A stretch of DNA of 64,000 nt from Waterburya sp. (GCA_965217895.1 CBDCJV010000002.1:2368001-2432000), one strand, 5' to 3'. Counted from the stretch's first letter, positions 9,971 to 18,681 are shown. The notes: generated from the sequence alone by a model not told the origin. A program made the numbers and translations.

Positions 9971-10238
9971 GCAGTATTTTGACTCATTCTTCTTAAAATA
10001 GCAGCGCGAAAAACCTTGGAAATTTTGGCTTTACTCAGCGATCGCCGTAATGGTATAATTTTTTTATAATGGGAGTGGTGACTTCGATACATAACTCTAA
10101 GCACTTCCATTATGAAAATCTTAATTTCAATTAAACCACGTTTGGCGATCGCCAGTCAAGATTTTAATTTTTCAGTACAAAATAACTAATCATTTGTTTT
10201 ATTTGAAATAACTATTTTGAAATAAAACAAATGATTAG

Positions 10239-10266
10239 GTAAGGGCGAACGGCGAAACGCCCCTAC
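10239..10266. repeat. GTAG-type REP-like palindrome
   Basis: GTAAGGGCG...CGCCCCTAC; similar to 57426-57454. Confidence 0.55.
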
Positions 10267-10286
10267 AATGAAAATTTTAGTTCTAA

Positions 10287-10388
10287 TATTTTACGTATAT
10301 TCATCCAGAAAGCTAGCCCTTCAGTTTATACATTTCATTTGTTCGTTTTATGATGTGGGATTTGGGCTTTTAGACTGAAGGCGATCGC
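10287..10388. repeat. 102-bp direct repeat, copy 2, ending in HIP1
   Basis: Near-identical to 8931-9032. Confidence 0.9.
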
Positions 10389-10727
10389 TTCACCGATGCA
10401 GTCGCTCTTTGTAGGAAACCAACAAGACCCCTAAAGGCGCGTACTGCATCGCCTTTTTTTTGCCAATTTTGAAACTAAATATTAGTAAAAATACAGATGT
10501 TTTTTATCAATTGATATTTGGTAATTATCTTCATCCTAAATTTATCAAATTCAAGTCAACAATATCATTTCTTATTATTGAAAGTTCAGTATTTTCAGGA
10601 GTTTACGTTGCCTATTCGTCACTGTTATTGTTGATTCACTGGCAAATTAAAGTCCAACAAAGACTAAAGACTCTCAAATTAACTAATACAAAAACTATTT
10701 ATTTAGAAACAAAGGAAATCAATTCAA

Positions 10728-12170
10728 ATGCTTAAATTTATTAATTCTATAAAATACAGTTCAACTATTCTTTTAGGTGTTTTGATAGCAAGCTCTATAG
10801 CTGCCAAACCTGCATCTGCTGATAATAATGCTTTGACAGTCACAATAGAAGCACCAACAATTCAAACTGCACTATCAAAAACAAATACTTATGTAGTTGA
10901 TTTTAATGATCAATCTGGAACAACAGGATTTATTAAAACCAATGGTACTGGTACTAATGCTACTACCTATACTTATGGTGGCAGTTTAACAATTCTAAAT
11001 GCAGATCAATGGGGCGGTGCAAACAAAACTAAATATATTACCCAATCTCAAAACATCAGCAGCTTCAACGTAAAAGTTAATAAAGACCAAAAATACTTTG
11101 GCTTTTGGTGGTCAGCAGGTGATAGTGCCAATAAGATAATTTTCAAAAATAAAGGTGCGGAGGTAGCTGTTTTTCAGACAAAAGATTTAGTAGGCTTTAT
11201 CAACAGCCGACCCGCTGCTGAAAAAACTTTATACTATGGAAATCCTAATTGTCTTATTGCTGGTGTTGCTCCTTGTGGTACTAATACAGGTCATAAAGCT
11301 GAACCATTTGCTTATGTCAACGTCTATTTTAATAACCAAGTATACGATGAAATCGTGATTGAAACTACATCATCTTCAAAATTTGAATCGGATAATCACA
11401 CTTTTTCAGCACAAAATCAAACTGTTACGGGTGTAAATGTACCACAACTAGCTAGTGCTGCGAATGACCTGCTTTCTACTAGTGAAGATGATAGTATTAC
11501 TGGCAATGTGATTACCAATGATTTAGGTGTAGGCTTGAGTGTCACGAAGGTCAATAATGTTACAGCTAATGTAGGTAAGCAAATTACTTTGTCTTCTGGT
11601 GCTTTAGTAAAACTCAATAACGATGGAACTTTTACTTATAATCCTAACAGCAAGTTTGAGCGTCTCAACCCTGGTGAGACTGATACTGATACTTTTTCCT
11701 ACACCATTAAAGATAATCAGAACAACGTTAGTACTGCCACTGTAACCATGACTATTAATGGTGCTGCGGATAACCCTGTAGCGGTAGATGATACGGCTAT
11801 TACAGATGAAGATACAGTTAAAGAGATTTCTGTTCTAGAGAATGATAGCGATCCTAATACTCCTAAAGAAAATCTAACTATCACTCAAATTGGTAGTTCC
11901 GCAATTAGTGTTGGAAGTCCAGTTACACTTCGTTCTGGTGCAAGAGTTGAGCTTATTCTAAACACAGATTCGTCAAAATATAGTACTGAAGGAAAGTATA
12001 TTTTGAAATACGATCCAAGCCCTAGTGCTTCTTTAAATCTTCTTAACAATGGACAACAGGCTACTCCTCCAGAAACCTTTACTTATACAGTGAGCGATCC
12101 TGAAGGTAATACTGGTCGAGGTAATGTAACTGTTACAGTTAACGGTATCACAGATACTTATTCTGACTAA
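10728..12170 (+). CDS. Secreted surface protein: N-terminal domain (Npun_F0296-like) plus two cadherin/Ig-like repeats
   Basis: Signal peptide ending ASA; YFGFWWSAGD and FESDNHTF; GNVITND..DGTFTYNPN..DTFSYTI and PVAVDD..VLEND..FTYTVSD repeats. Confidence 0.8.
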   Translation: MLKFINSIKYSSTILLGVLIASSIAAKPASADNNALTVTIEAPTIQTALSKTNTYVVDFNDQSGTTGFIKTNGTGTNATTYTYGGSLTILNADQWGGANKTKYITQSQNISSFNVKVNKDQKYFGFWWSAGDSANKIIFKNKGAEVAVFQTKDLVGFINSRPAAEKTLYYGNPNCLIAGVAPCGTNTGHKAEPFAYVNVYFNNQVYDEIVIETTSSSKFESDNHTFSAQNQTVTGVNVPQLASAANDLLSTSEDDSITGNVITNDLGVGLSVTKVNNVTANVGKQITLSSGALVKLNNDGTFTYNPNSKFERLNPGETDTDTFSYTIKDNQNNVSTATVTMTINGAADNPVAVDDTAITDEDTVKEISVLENDSDPNTPKENLTITQIGSSAISVGSPVTLRSGARVELILNTDSSKYSTEGKYILKYDPSPSASLNLLNNGQQATPPETFTYTVSDPEGNTGRGNVTVTVNGITDTYSD

Positions 12171-12204
12171 CATTAACTAGTTAAACTTTAAATAATTCTT
12201 CAAA

Positions 12205-12441
12205 GCGATCGCACGTGCATAGTGCGATCGCTTTTTTCTTTGATGTGGTAATAGTGCGATCAAATTTTAATTATTCCATCGCCAGGTAAGATAGATAGTT
12301 TAAAGAAACAAACCAAGTTATAGCGATCGCGTAGCTTTTAGATCGCTTGTTTATGAGGTGATAATGCGATCGCTTTTTTGTTTAAAATACTATTTGCTTG
12401 AATTCAGGCGATTACGAGATCGTGTAGCCGAAGGCGATCGC
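12205..12441 (+). repeat. HIP1-jointed composite spacer (modules A-B-C-B'-D)
   Basis: 12232-12373 recurs at 15113-15254; 12374-12441 recurs at 14359-14426; A module (HIP1-ACGTGCRTAGT-HIP1) recurs at 9025, 13117, 13694 and, as a variant, 15326. Confidence 0.9.
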
Positions 12442-12482
12442 TCTTTCTTGATTTTGTATATACAATTATGTATATTCTAATT

Positions 12483-12776
12483 ATGGAATTTGAGTGGGAC
12501 GAGGATAAAAATCAAAGTAATATCACCAAGCACGGTATTGACTTTCAGCAAGCGAAGCGAGTTTTTGAAGATCCTAATATATTAACTTATGAAGACACCC
12601 GCTTAAACTATAAAGAAATAAGAGAGATATCTGTCGGACAATTACTATTAACAACTCAGCAACAAATAATCATCGTGGTGGTTATTCATACCGATAGAGA
12701 TGGAAAAGTCAGGCTAATTTCAGCTAGAAGAGCGAGTAAACGAGAGAGAAAACTATATGAACAACAGTCAATTTAG
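12483..12776 (+). CDS. brnT: BrnT-family toxin
   Basis: MEFEWDEDKNQSNITKHGIDF...RLISARRA. Confidence 0.92.
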   Translation: MEFEWDEDKNQSNITKHGIDFQQAKRVFEDPNILTYEDTRLNYKEIREISVGQLLLTTQQQIIIVVVIHTDRDGKVRLISARRASKRERKLYEQQSI

Positions 12777-13080
12777 TCCTAATATGTCTCTTGAAGAAAG
12801 AGAAAAAAAACTGGTAGAAATGTCCGATCGCGATATTGACTTCTCCGATATTCCAGAGTTAGATGAAGCCTTTTTTAATAATGCCAAACTGGTGAAAAAG
12901 AAACCAGCGACAGAGGCAATATCCATAAGAGTTGATACTGATACCCTAGAGTGGCTTCGTAAGACAGCCAAAAACAATCCAGAAATCAAAGGATATCAGA
13001 CTTTAATCAACGATGTACTAAGAACTTATATGATTCATCAAATAAAGAATCGAGAATACCCTACGAAATCATCGACATAA
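12757..13080 (+). CDS. brnA: BrnA-family antitoxin
   Basis: IDFSDIPEL, ISIRVDTDTLEW, GYQTLINDVLR; overlaps brnT. Confidence 0.9.
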   Translation: MNNSQFSPNMSLEEREKKLVEMSDRDIDFSDIPELDEAFFNNAKLVKKKPATEAISIRVDTDTLEWLRKTAKNNPEIKGYQTLINDVLRTYMIHQIKNREYPTKSST

Positions 13081-13207
13081 GAAAAGTTATTTCATTCTCA
13101 AACTAAATATTTAAAAGCGATCGCACGTGCATAGTGCGATCGCTTTTTTGGTAGTTTATTGAGAATAATAATGCGATCGTCACACTAAATAAAATACATT
13201 GAGATTT

Positions 13208-13435
13208 TTATAGGCTATTAATAAACTCTTCTGGACTTACTCGTGCTTGTTTGAGAATACCGCTTAAAGTTCCTATTTTTAACTCTCGATGTATAGGTAC
13301 AACACAACCTATTTGTCCATCTGGCGTTATTTTTTTCATAATGACATGACTATCAGTTTGACGGGTTTTCTCAAAGCCCAAACTTTCTAATGCTTTAATT
13401 GCTTTCTTGCTAGAAATTCTAGGCAATCTAGGCAT
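13208..13435 (-). CDS. hicA: HicA-family toxin (QTDSH variant)
   Basis: MPRLPRISSKKAIKALESLGF..RQTDSH..VPIHRELKIGTLSGILKQA. Confidence 0.88.
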   Translation of the reverse strand: MPRLPRISSKKAIKALESLGFEKTRQTDSHVIMKKITPDGQIGCVVPIHRELKIGTLSGILKQARVSPEEFINSL

Positions 13436-13637
13436 AGCTAACATCCATAGTGGTGATGTATCTAGGAGAGGTTTCTGGTAAAGGAAATTATTCTAAATAC
13501 AATCTCGTAGCTTCTTTTAAACCTGAAACAGCTTGTTCGATTGTTTCTCCTTGATCTACCGTTCCAACTTCAGGACATTCGGCAATATACATATCGTCTT
13601 CTCTATAAACTAATACAGTAAAGCTACGGTTTTTCAT
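13428..13637 (-). pseudogene. hicB: HicB-family antitoxin with premature TAA
   Basis: MKNRSFTVLVYREDDMYIAECPEVGTVDQGETIEQAVSGLKEATRLYLE*FPLPETSPRYITTMDVSYA*; stop at 13488-13490. Confidence 0.85.
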
Positions 13638-13822
13638 ATTGATTTACTTGCAATTAATTTTTTTATAATTTTAGCTGGAAAAAACTGTTAAGGGCGATCG
13701 CACGTGCGTAGTGCGATCGCTTTTCTATTTGAATTGATAAATAAGGCGATCGCCAATTAAACTATCAGAAAAATTGCAAGTATTTTAGAATTGAGAGAAT
13801 CATATTTTAATAATTATCATTC

Positions 13823-14029
13823 ATGATAGAAATTGTTTTTTTGGTTGAAGACGATCTTGATGGAGGTTATACAGCAAAGGCATTAGGTGAATCTATATTT
13901 ACTCAAGCAGATGATTTGGACAGTCTTAAAAAAATGATACGTGATGCGGTTGACTGTCATTTTACAGAAGATCAAAAACCAAAAGTAATTCGATTGCATA
14001 TTGTTCGAGATGAGGTAATTGCATCGTGA
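13823..14029 (+). CDS. HicB-like antitoxin
   Basis: EIVFLVEDDLDGGYTAKALGESIFTQAD..IRDAVDCHF; overlaps the HicA start. Confidence 0.8.
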   Translation: MIEIVFLVEDDLDGGYTAKALGESIFTQADDLDSLKKMIRDAVDCHFTEDQKPKVIRLHIVRDEVIAS

Positions 14030-14268
14030 GATTACCGCGAGATATATCAGGAAAAGACTTAATTAAAGCTCTTTCTTGTCTTGATTATGAAGTTACTCGT
14101 CAGACTGGTAGTCATATTAGGTTGACCAGTAAACGTAAAGGGGAACACCATATTACAGTCCCAGCACACGATCCAATAAAAATAGGAACTCTCAACGCTA
14201 TTCTCAAAGAAATTGCTGAACATAACGGTCTAGATCGTGCTGAATTAATTAGAATGTTATTTGGCTGA
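14026..14268 (+). CDS. hicA: HicA-family toxin
   Basis: RQTGSHIRL..HHITVPAHDPIKIGTL. Confidence 0.9.
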   Translation: MRLPRDISGKDLIKALSCLDYEVTRQTGSHIRLTSKRKGEHHITVPAHDPIKIGTLNAILKEIAEHNGLDRAELIRMLFG

Positions 14269-14616
14269 AGCCTTTTTTTTACTCCTTTTTATGATTTTAG
14301 CTGGAAAAAACTGTTAAGGGAGATCGCTCTTCTATTTGATGTGGTAATAATGCGATGCTTTTTTGTTTAAAATACTATTTGCTTGAATTCAGGCGATTAC
14401 GAGATCGTGTAGCTGAAGGCGATCGCTTTCTATAAGAGAATAGTCATTTTTTATCAGGATTAGAATAGTGGATAAGGGCGTAAATAAAGTAGCCATTTGT
14501 TTAGCTTGAAACCTTGACGAGATCTAAACTCATTACTTGTTACTCATTATTCGTTACTTCCGCATAGCGGTAATAGTACTATTATTCCAACACTAAGAAA
14601 GAGGAACGTAAAGCGA

Positions 14617-14799
14617 TTGATAACCTCTAAGCAAGCATTAAGAGCTTGTATTCTCTGCGAATTTTTAACCTCAAAAGGTATGCCAATTAGGGTTTTTCAA
14701 TACCAAGACACAGAAAGATTGATTCGGATAGAAGCAGGTTTCAGAACACGACAAATTAGAATTGTAATTAACGAAGGAGGAAAATTTAAATATGTCTAA
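14617..14799 (+). CDS. Small protein, DUF6888-like (putative TA component)
   Basis: 60 aa; overlaps the next gene; pattern TxKQAxxxxxxCxxLT...I.I..GK resembles cyanobacterial DUF6888 from memory. Confidence 0.6.
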   Translation: MITSKQALRACILCEFLTSKGMPIRVFQYQDTERLIRIEAGFRTRQIRIVINEGGKFKYV

Positions 14800-14989
14800 A
14801 TCTCTTGAAACGATGGGCATCAAGGAGCTTCAGCAGTACATGAAAGACCATCAAGATAACCATGATGAATGGCAAAAAGCGTATAGCTTATTTGCTCAAA
14901 AGTCAGATTGGCAGGAAATACCAGAAGGAGCGACTTGGGATGAAGAAAAACAATTTATTGAAGATTTTGTTACTCAGGTAATAAATTGA
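14792..14989 (+). CDS. Small protein, DUF6887-like (putative TA component)
   Basis: MxxKELQQYMKDHQDNHDEW pattern; AGGAGG RBS. Confidence 0.6.
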   Translation: MSKSLETMGIKELQQYMKDHQDNHDEWQKAYSLFAQKSDWQEIPEGATWDEEKQFIEDFVTQVIN

Positions 14990-15421
14990 TCGCAAGTTTA
15001 TTTGTTCACTGCTGAGATGATAATAGCGATTATCATAGAGTTATACATAAGCGATTACGCGATCGTTTATCCTTTAGGGCTTTTTTTTTTGATGTGGTAA
15101 TAATGCGATCGCTTTTCTATTTGATATGGTAATAATGCGATGGGATTTTAGTTATTCTATTGTCAGGTAAGATAGACAGTCTAAACGAACAAACCAAGTC
15201 GTAGCGATCGCGTAGCTTTTTGATCGCTTTTTTATGAGGTGATAATGCGATCGCTAATCTCAAAACAAGATGATTACTAATTGGAGTTGTAGTAACGTTA
15301 ATTCCTCGTCGCTTTATATTCGTCTGCGATCGCCTTACATAGTGCGATCGCTTTTTTCTTTGATGTGGTAATAATGCGATCGCTTTTTAGATACTGTTTA
15401 AAATACTTGTTTTTTATCAAT

Positions 15422-15802
15422 TTATTCTTGAGAATTTCGCAACAAAGGTAAACGGCGCATTCTAATTTTTCTTGAATCAACAGTTACAGCAACACCCTTT
15501 TGTAACTCCTCATAACATTTATTTATTACATTTAGAAGCAATTTTGTTAGAGCTTCAGCACGTAATCCTTCTACGCGAATTCTAATCACAGAAGGAGAAG
15601 AGGCATTGCTTAAAGCAAGTAGAGAATGAAAGTCAGCATCTAAAGTAACTACAACACAATTGATTTCTCTGGCTTTTTGAATAATTTCAATATCTTCAGC
15701 AGCCCATAAACCAATTTCGCCAACATGGATGGTGTCAATTTTATGAGCTTTTAATAATTTTGCTGCTGAACAAGGTAATCCTTGATCAAGCAACAGTTTC
15801 AT
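15422..15802 (-). CDS. DUF5615 PIN-like protein (VapC45-like)
   Basis: MKLLLDQGLP..HVGEIGL..AEDIEI..VVTLDADF..PSVIRIR. Confidence 0.9.
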   Translation of the reverse strand: MKLLLDQGLPCSAAKLLKAHKIDTIHVGEIGLWAAEDIEIIQKAREINCVVVTLDADFHSLLALSNASSPSVIRIRVEGLRAEALTKLLLNVINKCYEELQKGVAVTVDSRKIRMRRLPLLRNSQE

Positions 15803-16028
15803 AGTTATTTGGCAGTTCAATAATTTGATCATCTAAAGACAAAGAGGCAAAAAGTAAAGCCTGTTGAATGTCTTCTTCTTCTAGTTCAGGAAACTCTTGA
15901 TATAATTCCTCTCGGTTGGGATAAGTAGCAATCAAATTGATTACTCGACGAACTGTCAAGCGAAGATTACGAATGCAGGGTTGCCCATTCATTTTGCTAG
16001 GATTGCTAGTAATGCGATCGAGTTTCAT
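15786..16028 (-). CDS. DUF433 antitoxin-like protein
   Basis: RITSNPSKMNGQPCIRNLRLTV..FPELEEEDIQQAL. Confidence 0.9.
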   Translation of the reverse strand: MKLDRITSNPSKMNGQPCIRNLRLTVRRVINLIATYPNREELYQEFPELEEEDIQQALLFASLSLDDQIIELPNNYETVA

Positions 16029-16226
16029 TTTGAGTAAGCTACTATACAAATTTTTAACTATCTATTTAATAAATTTACCAAAATAAAGCTGTAATGAATA
16101 AATTGTTGCCTACCACAAATAAGTAAGATGCGATATCGGTAATTTTTAAGATTTCCTTAGAAAAGAGATCGCTTTTCTATTTGATGCGGTGACAATGCGA
16201 TCGCAGATCTCAAAACAATATGATTA

Positions 16227-16574
16227 CTAAATAAATTCTACTTTTCCTTTAATATCCTCTAATTCTACCCATTCCTAAATTAAAGCTAAGGTATTAATAT
16301 ATTAATAATTTCGCCAATAGTTCTACTTCTTTGACGACAATATGTAAGTAATTCCACCATGATTAACACCAGCTTGATGAAGCCTTAAAAAATCATCATC
16401 TTGGGTAAAAATAACCCTTTTTTCCGTAATTGCAAATGCAACTTGCTCTTCATCAGATGCACTAATCAAGCTTATTTCTGGAGTTGCAGTAACGTCAATT
16501 CCTCGTCGTTTTAAACCGTCTGCGATCGCATTACTTACATTTTCATCCAGATGAAACTTAATCCTATTGAACAT
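16227..16574 (-). pseudogene. DUF5615 PIN-like protein with disrupted C-terminus
   Basis: FHLDENV..IFTQDDDFL; a 4-bp TTAC duplication near 16345 shifts the frame; remnants YCRQRSRTIGEII and EDIKGKVEFI* lie downstream with further lesions. Confidence 0.8.
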
Positions 16575-16881
16575 TTCCTTGTTTTAGTTTGCGCTGGAGA
16601 ATTGAAGGTGTTTTGCCAGCCAACTCTTGAGCAGAAGTTTCACTATCTCTAATATTTTGCCTAATTTCTGCTAGATGGTCATAATAATAAGACAATGCAG
16701 CGTACACATCAGCTAGGGTAATACTAGGGTAATGATAAATAATTTCGTCTGCCGAAAGCCCCATCATTTCGTACCAAACAACTATATCCTGTACTCTAAT
16801 ACGATGCCCAGCGATACGAGGTTTTCCACCGCATACTCCTGGGGTGATTTCAATGTGTTGGGTTATTGATGTTGAAGACAC
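16564..16881 (-). CDS. DUF433 antitoxin-like protein
   Basis: IEITPGVCGGKPRIAGHRIRVQDI..LADVYAALSYYYDH; probable GTG start at 16881. Confidence 0.9.
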   Translation of the reverse strand: MSSTSITQHIEITPGVCGGKPRIAGHRIRVQDIVVWYEMMGLSADEIIYHYPSITLADVYAALSYYYDHLAEIRQNIRDSETSAQELAGKTPSILQRKLKQGNVQ

Positions 16882-17115
16882 TATTTTTGTTTGCTGCTCA
16901 ATTATTGAAATATTTATAATTCTACAAACTATAGAATTAATTTGGTATAAGTCTGGCTTGGTAAACAACTACTGTGAAACTACTGGTTTTCATCTCGATC
17001 TAGCTTTAAGTTTTTTGGTAATTTCATCTGGTCAAGGTTGTTGAAAGCGATTGCACGGTCGCTTTTTTCGGGGATTATTTACAGCATTTATACGTAAACG
17101 ATTAACAATTAACAA

Positions 17116-17547
17116 TTAACCAAAATAATCATCTTTCATAATTTGCTCAACCTCAACAAAACCCGATTCAGGAATTTCAAAGTCAAACACCATAGTAGCG
17201 ATCGCATCCTGATAAAGATCGAGATATTCAGATTTGAGATAATTCTTCAGGCTGGGATTTTTCTTAAGGATTCGATTAATACGATTGCGGAAGTTAACAA
17301 CTTCTTGCTGCCATCCTTTGCGACATCTTTCTACTTCCGAATTCCAGTACTTTAGCTTGAGGATATGCTCAATCAATCGCTGCATATAACTGTCTAGCGA
17401 GCGCTTTTCTGACTTCCCCATGTCGTCGATTTCATCTAACAGATTATCCCAGTCCATATTTTCAAAATCTTTATTTTGAATAGCTTCTTTTATCTTTTCA
17501 ACCCAAAGGTTGAAGTCGCGATCGTGTAACTGTTTTAAATTAGTCAT
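17116..17547 (-). CDS. DUF29 family protein
   Basis: DFNLW..DWDNLLDEIDDMGKSEKR..LIEHILKL..W..NPSLKNY. Confidence 0.9.
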   Translation of the reverse strand: MTNLKQLHDRDFNLWVEKIKEAIQNKDFENMDWDNLLDEIDDMGKSEKRSLDSYMQRLIEHILKLKYWNSEVERCRKGWQQEVVNFRNRINRILKKNPSLKNYLKSEYLDLYQDAIATMVFDFEIPESGFVEVEQIMKDDYFG

Positions 17548-17678
17548 GAGCTTTAATTTTTTGGACAATTATTTTTTATTGCTTTTATTATTGATGTTAA
17601 TAAAAAGGGTACAAAGCGATTATGCGATCGCTTCTATATCTTTGATCGTTCTCTCAAGATAAAAAGTAAATATCTTAT

Positions 17679-17766
17679 AAAAGTAATTCGATTGCATATT
17701 GTTCGAGATGAGGTTATTGCCTCGTGAAATTACCGCCAGATATATCAGGAAAAGATCTAATTAAAA
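17679..17766 (+). pseudogene. Orphan fragment of the hicB-like/hicA junction
   Basis: Near-identical to 13981-14067. Confidence 0.85.
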
Positions 17767-17775
17767 ATATTGCTG

Positions 17776-18681
17776 TTACTTTAAAATTTCGTTCACCTGA
17801 ACAACCAAATTGATCGCAGCTTGTCGAATAGTATCTTTATTTGAATCTTCGCTACCATACAGATGAGGATACATAATTGCCCTAGAACTACTAACTACTG
17901 CACCCAAACCGTCGGCATTAAAACAGGCTTTGATTCCTTTGTTCCCCCCTCCCTGTGCGCCAACACCTGGGACAAGAAATAGACTATTAGGTAATTGTTG
18001 ACGTAGGCGAATAGCTGCTTCAGGATAGGTTGCGCCGACGACTGCGCCAATAGCACTATAGCCTGATTCGCCAATACTTTTATCAGAAGCAGGTTTAATT
18101 AAATCGGCAATAATTTCATAGAGATATTTGCCATCTATTTGCTGTTCCTGAATTATTGCAGCACCAGGATTAGAAGTTTTAACACAGACGAATATACCTT
18201 TACCCCATTTTGTTGCTTCTTCAAAAAATGGTTCGAGACAGTCTTTGCCAAGGTAAGGAACAATGGTAATGGCATCAGCTTCTAAAGGGCGTGCTGGTTC
18301 ACCTGATAAATAGCCTTGGGCGTAAGCTGTGGCTGTAGAGGCTATATCTCCCCGTTTTACATCTAAAACTATCAACAAATCGCGAGCGCGCGCTGCCATA
18401 ATTGTCTTTTCTAGTGCCACAATTCCTGCCGAACCAAACAACTCATAATAAGCACTTTGGGGTTTTACAGCAGGGACAAGATCGGCAACGGCATCTAACA
18501 CCATCAGGTTATATTGATAGATTGCCTCAGCGCAATCAGCTAAACTGCTTTTTTTAGTAATACCTTGTTTTTGCAACCAGCTTTCAGGCATTCTCGCTAA
18601 TGCAGGATCTAATCCGACAATGCAAGAAGTTTTTTTAATCTGGATCTTCTCGATTAGGCGATCAATAAATATTTTTTTCAT
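17776..18681 (-). CDS. pyrF: Orotidine-5'-phosphate decarboxylase (subfamily 2)
   Basis: VGLDP, KPQSAYYE, DVKRGDIASTA, KTSNP, VVGAT, LVPGVGAQGG, SSSRAI. Confidence 0.93.
   Translation of the reverse strand: MKKIFIDRLIEKIQIKKTSCIVGLDPALARMPESWLQKQGITKKSSLADCAEAIYQYNLMVLDAVADLVPAVKPQSAYYELFGSAGIVALEKTIMAARARDLLIVLDVKRGDIASTATAYAQGYLSGEPARPLEADAITIVPYLGKDCLEPFFEEATKWGKGIFVCVKTSNPGAAIIQEQQIDGKYLYEIIADLIKPASDKSIGESGYSAIGAVVGATYPEAAIRLRQQLPNSLFLVPGVGAQGGGNKGIKACFNADGLGAVVSSSRAIMYPHLYGSEDSNKDTIRQAAINLVVQVNEILK

Noticed and set aside
9787..10110. 107-aa ORF, and similar ORFs at 36902, 39252 and 45141
   Set aside because: They run through MITE/hairpin repeats and show no protein motifs.
10460..10735. 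91-aa ORF upstream of the surface protein
   Set aside because: TTG start in AT-rich DNA, no RBS or motif; probably promoter region.
15298..15480. 60-aa minus-strand ORF
   Set aside because: Translates HIP1 spacer modules and overlaps the DUF5615 gene.
12205..16204. HIP1-TGATGTGGTAATAAT repeats as a CRISPR array
   Set aside because: Spacing is irregular (tens to hundreds of bp, whole genes between), the repeats are degenerate, and there are no cas genes.
8931..17770. Classical integron
   Set aside because: No tyrosine recombinase in the window, no recognisable RYYYAAC/GTTRRRY attC ends, and genes lie in both orientations.
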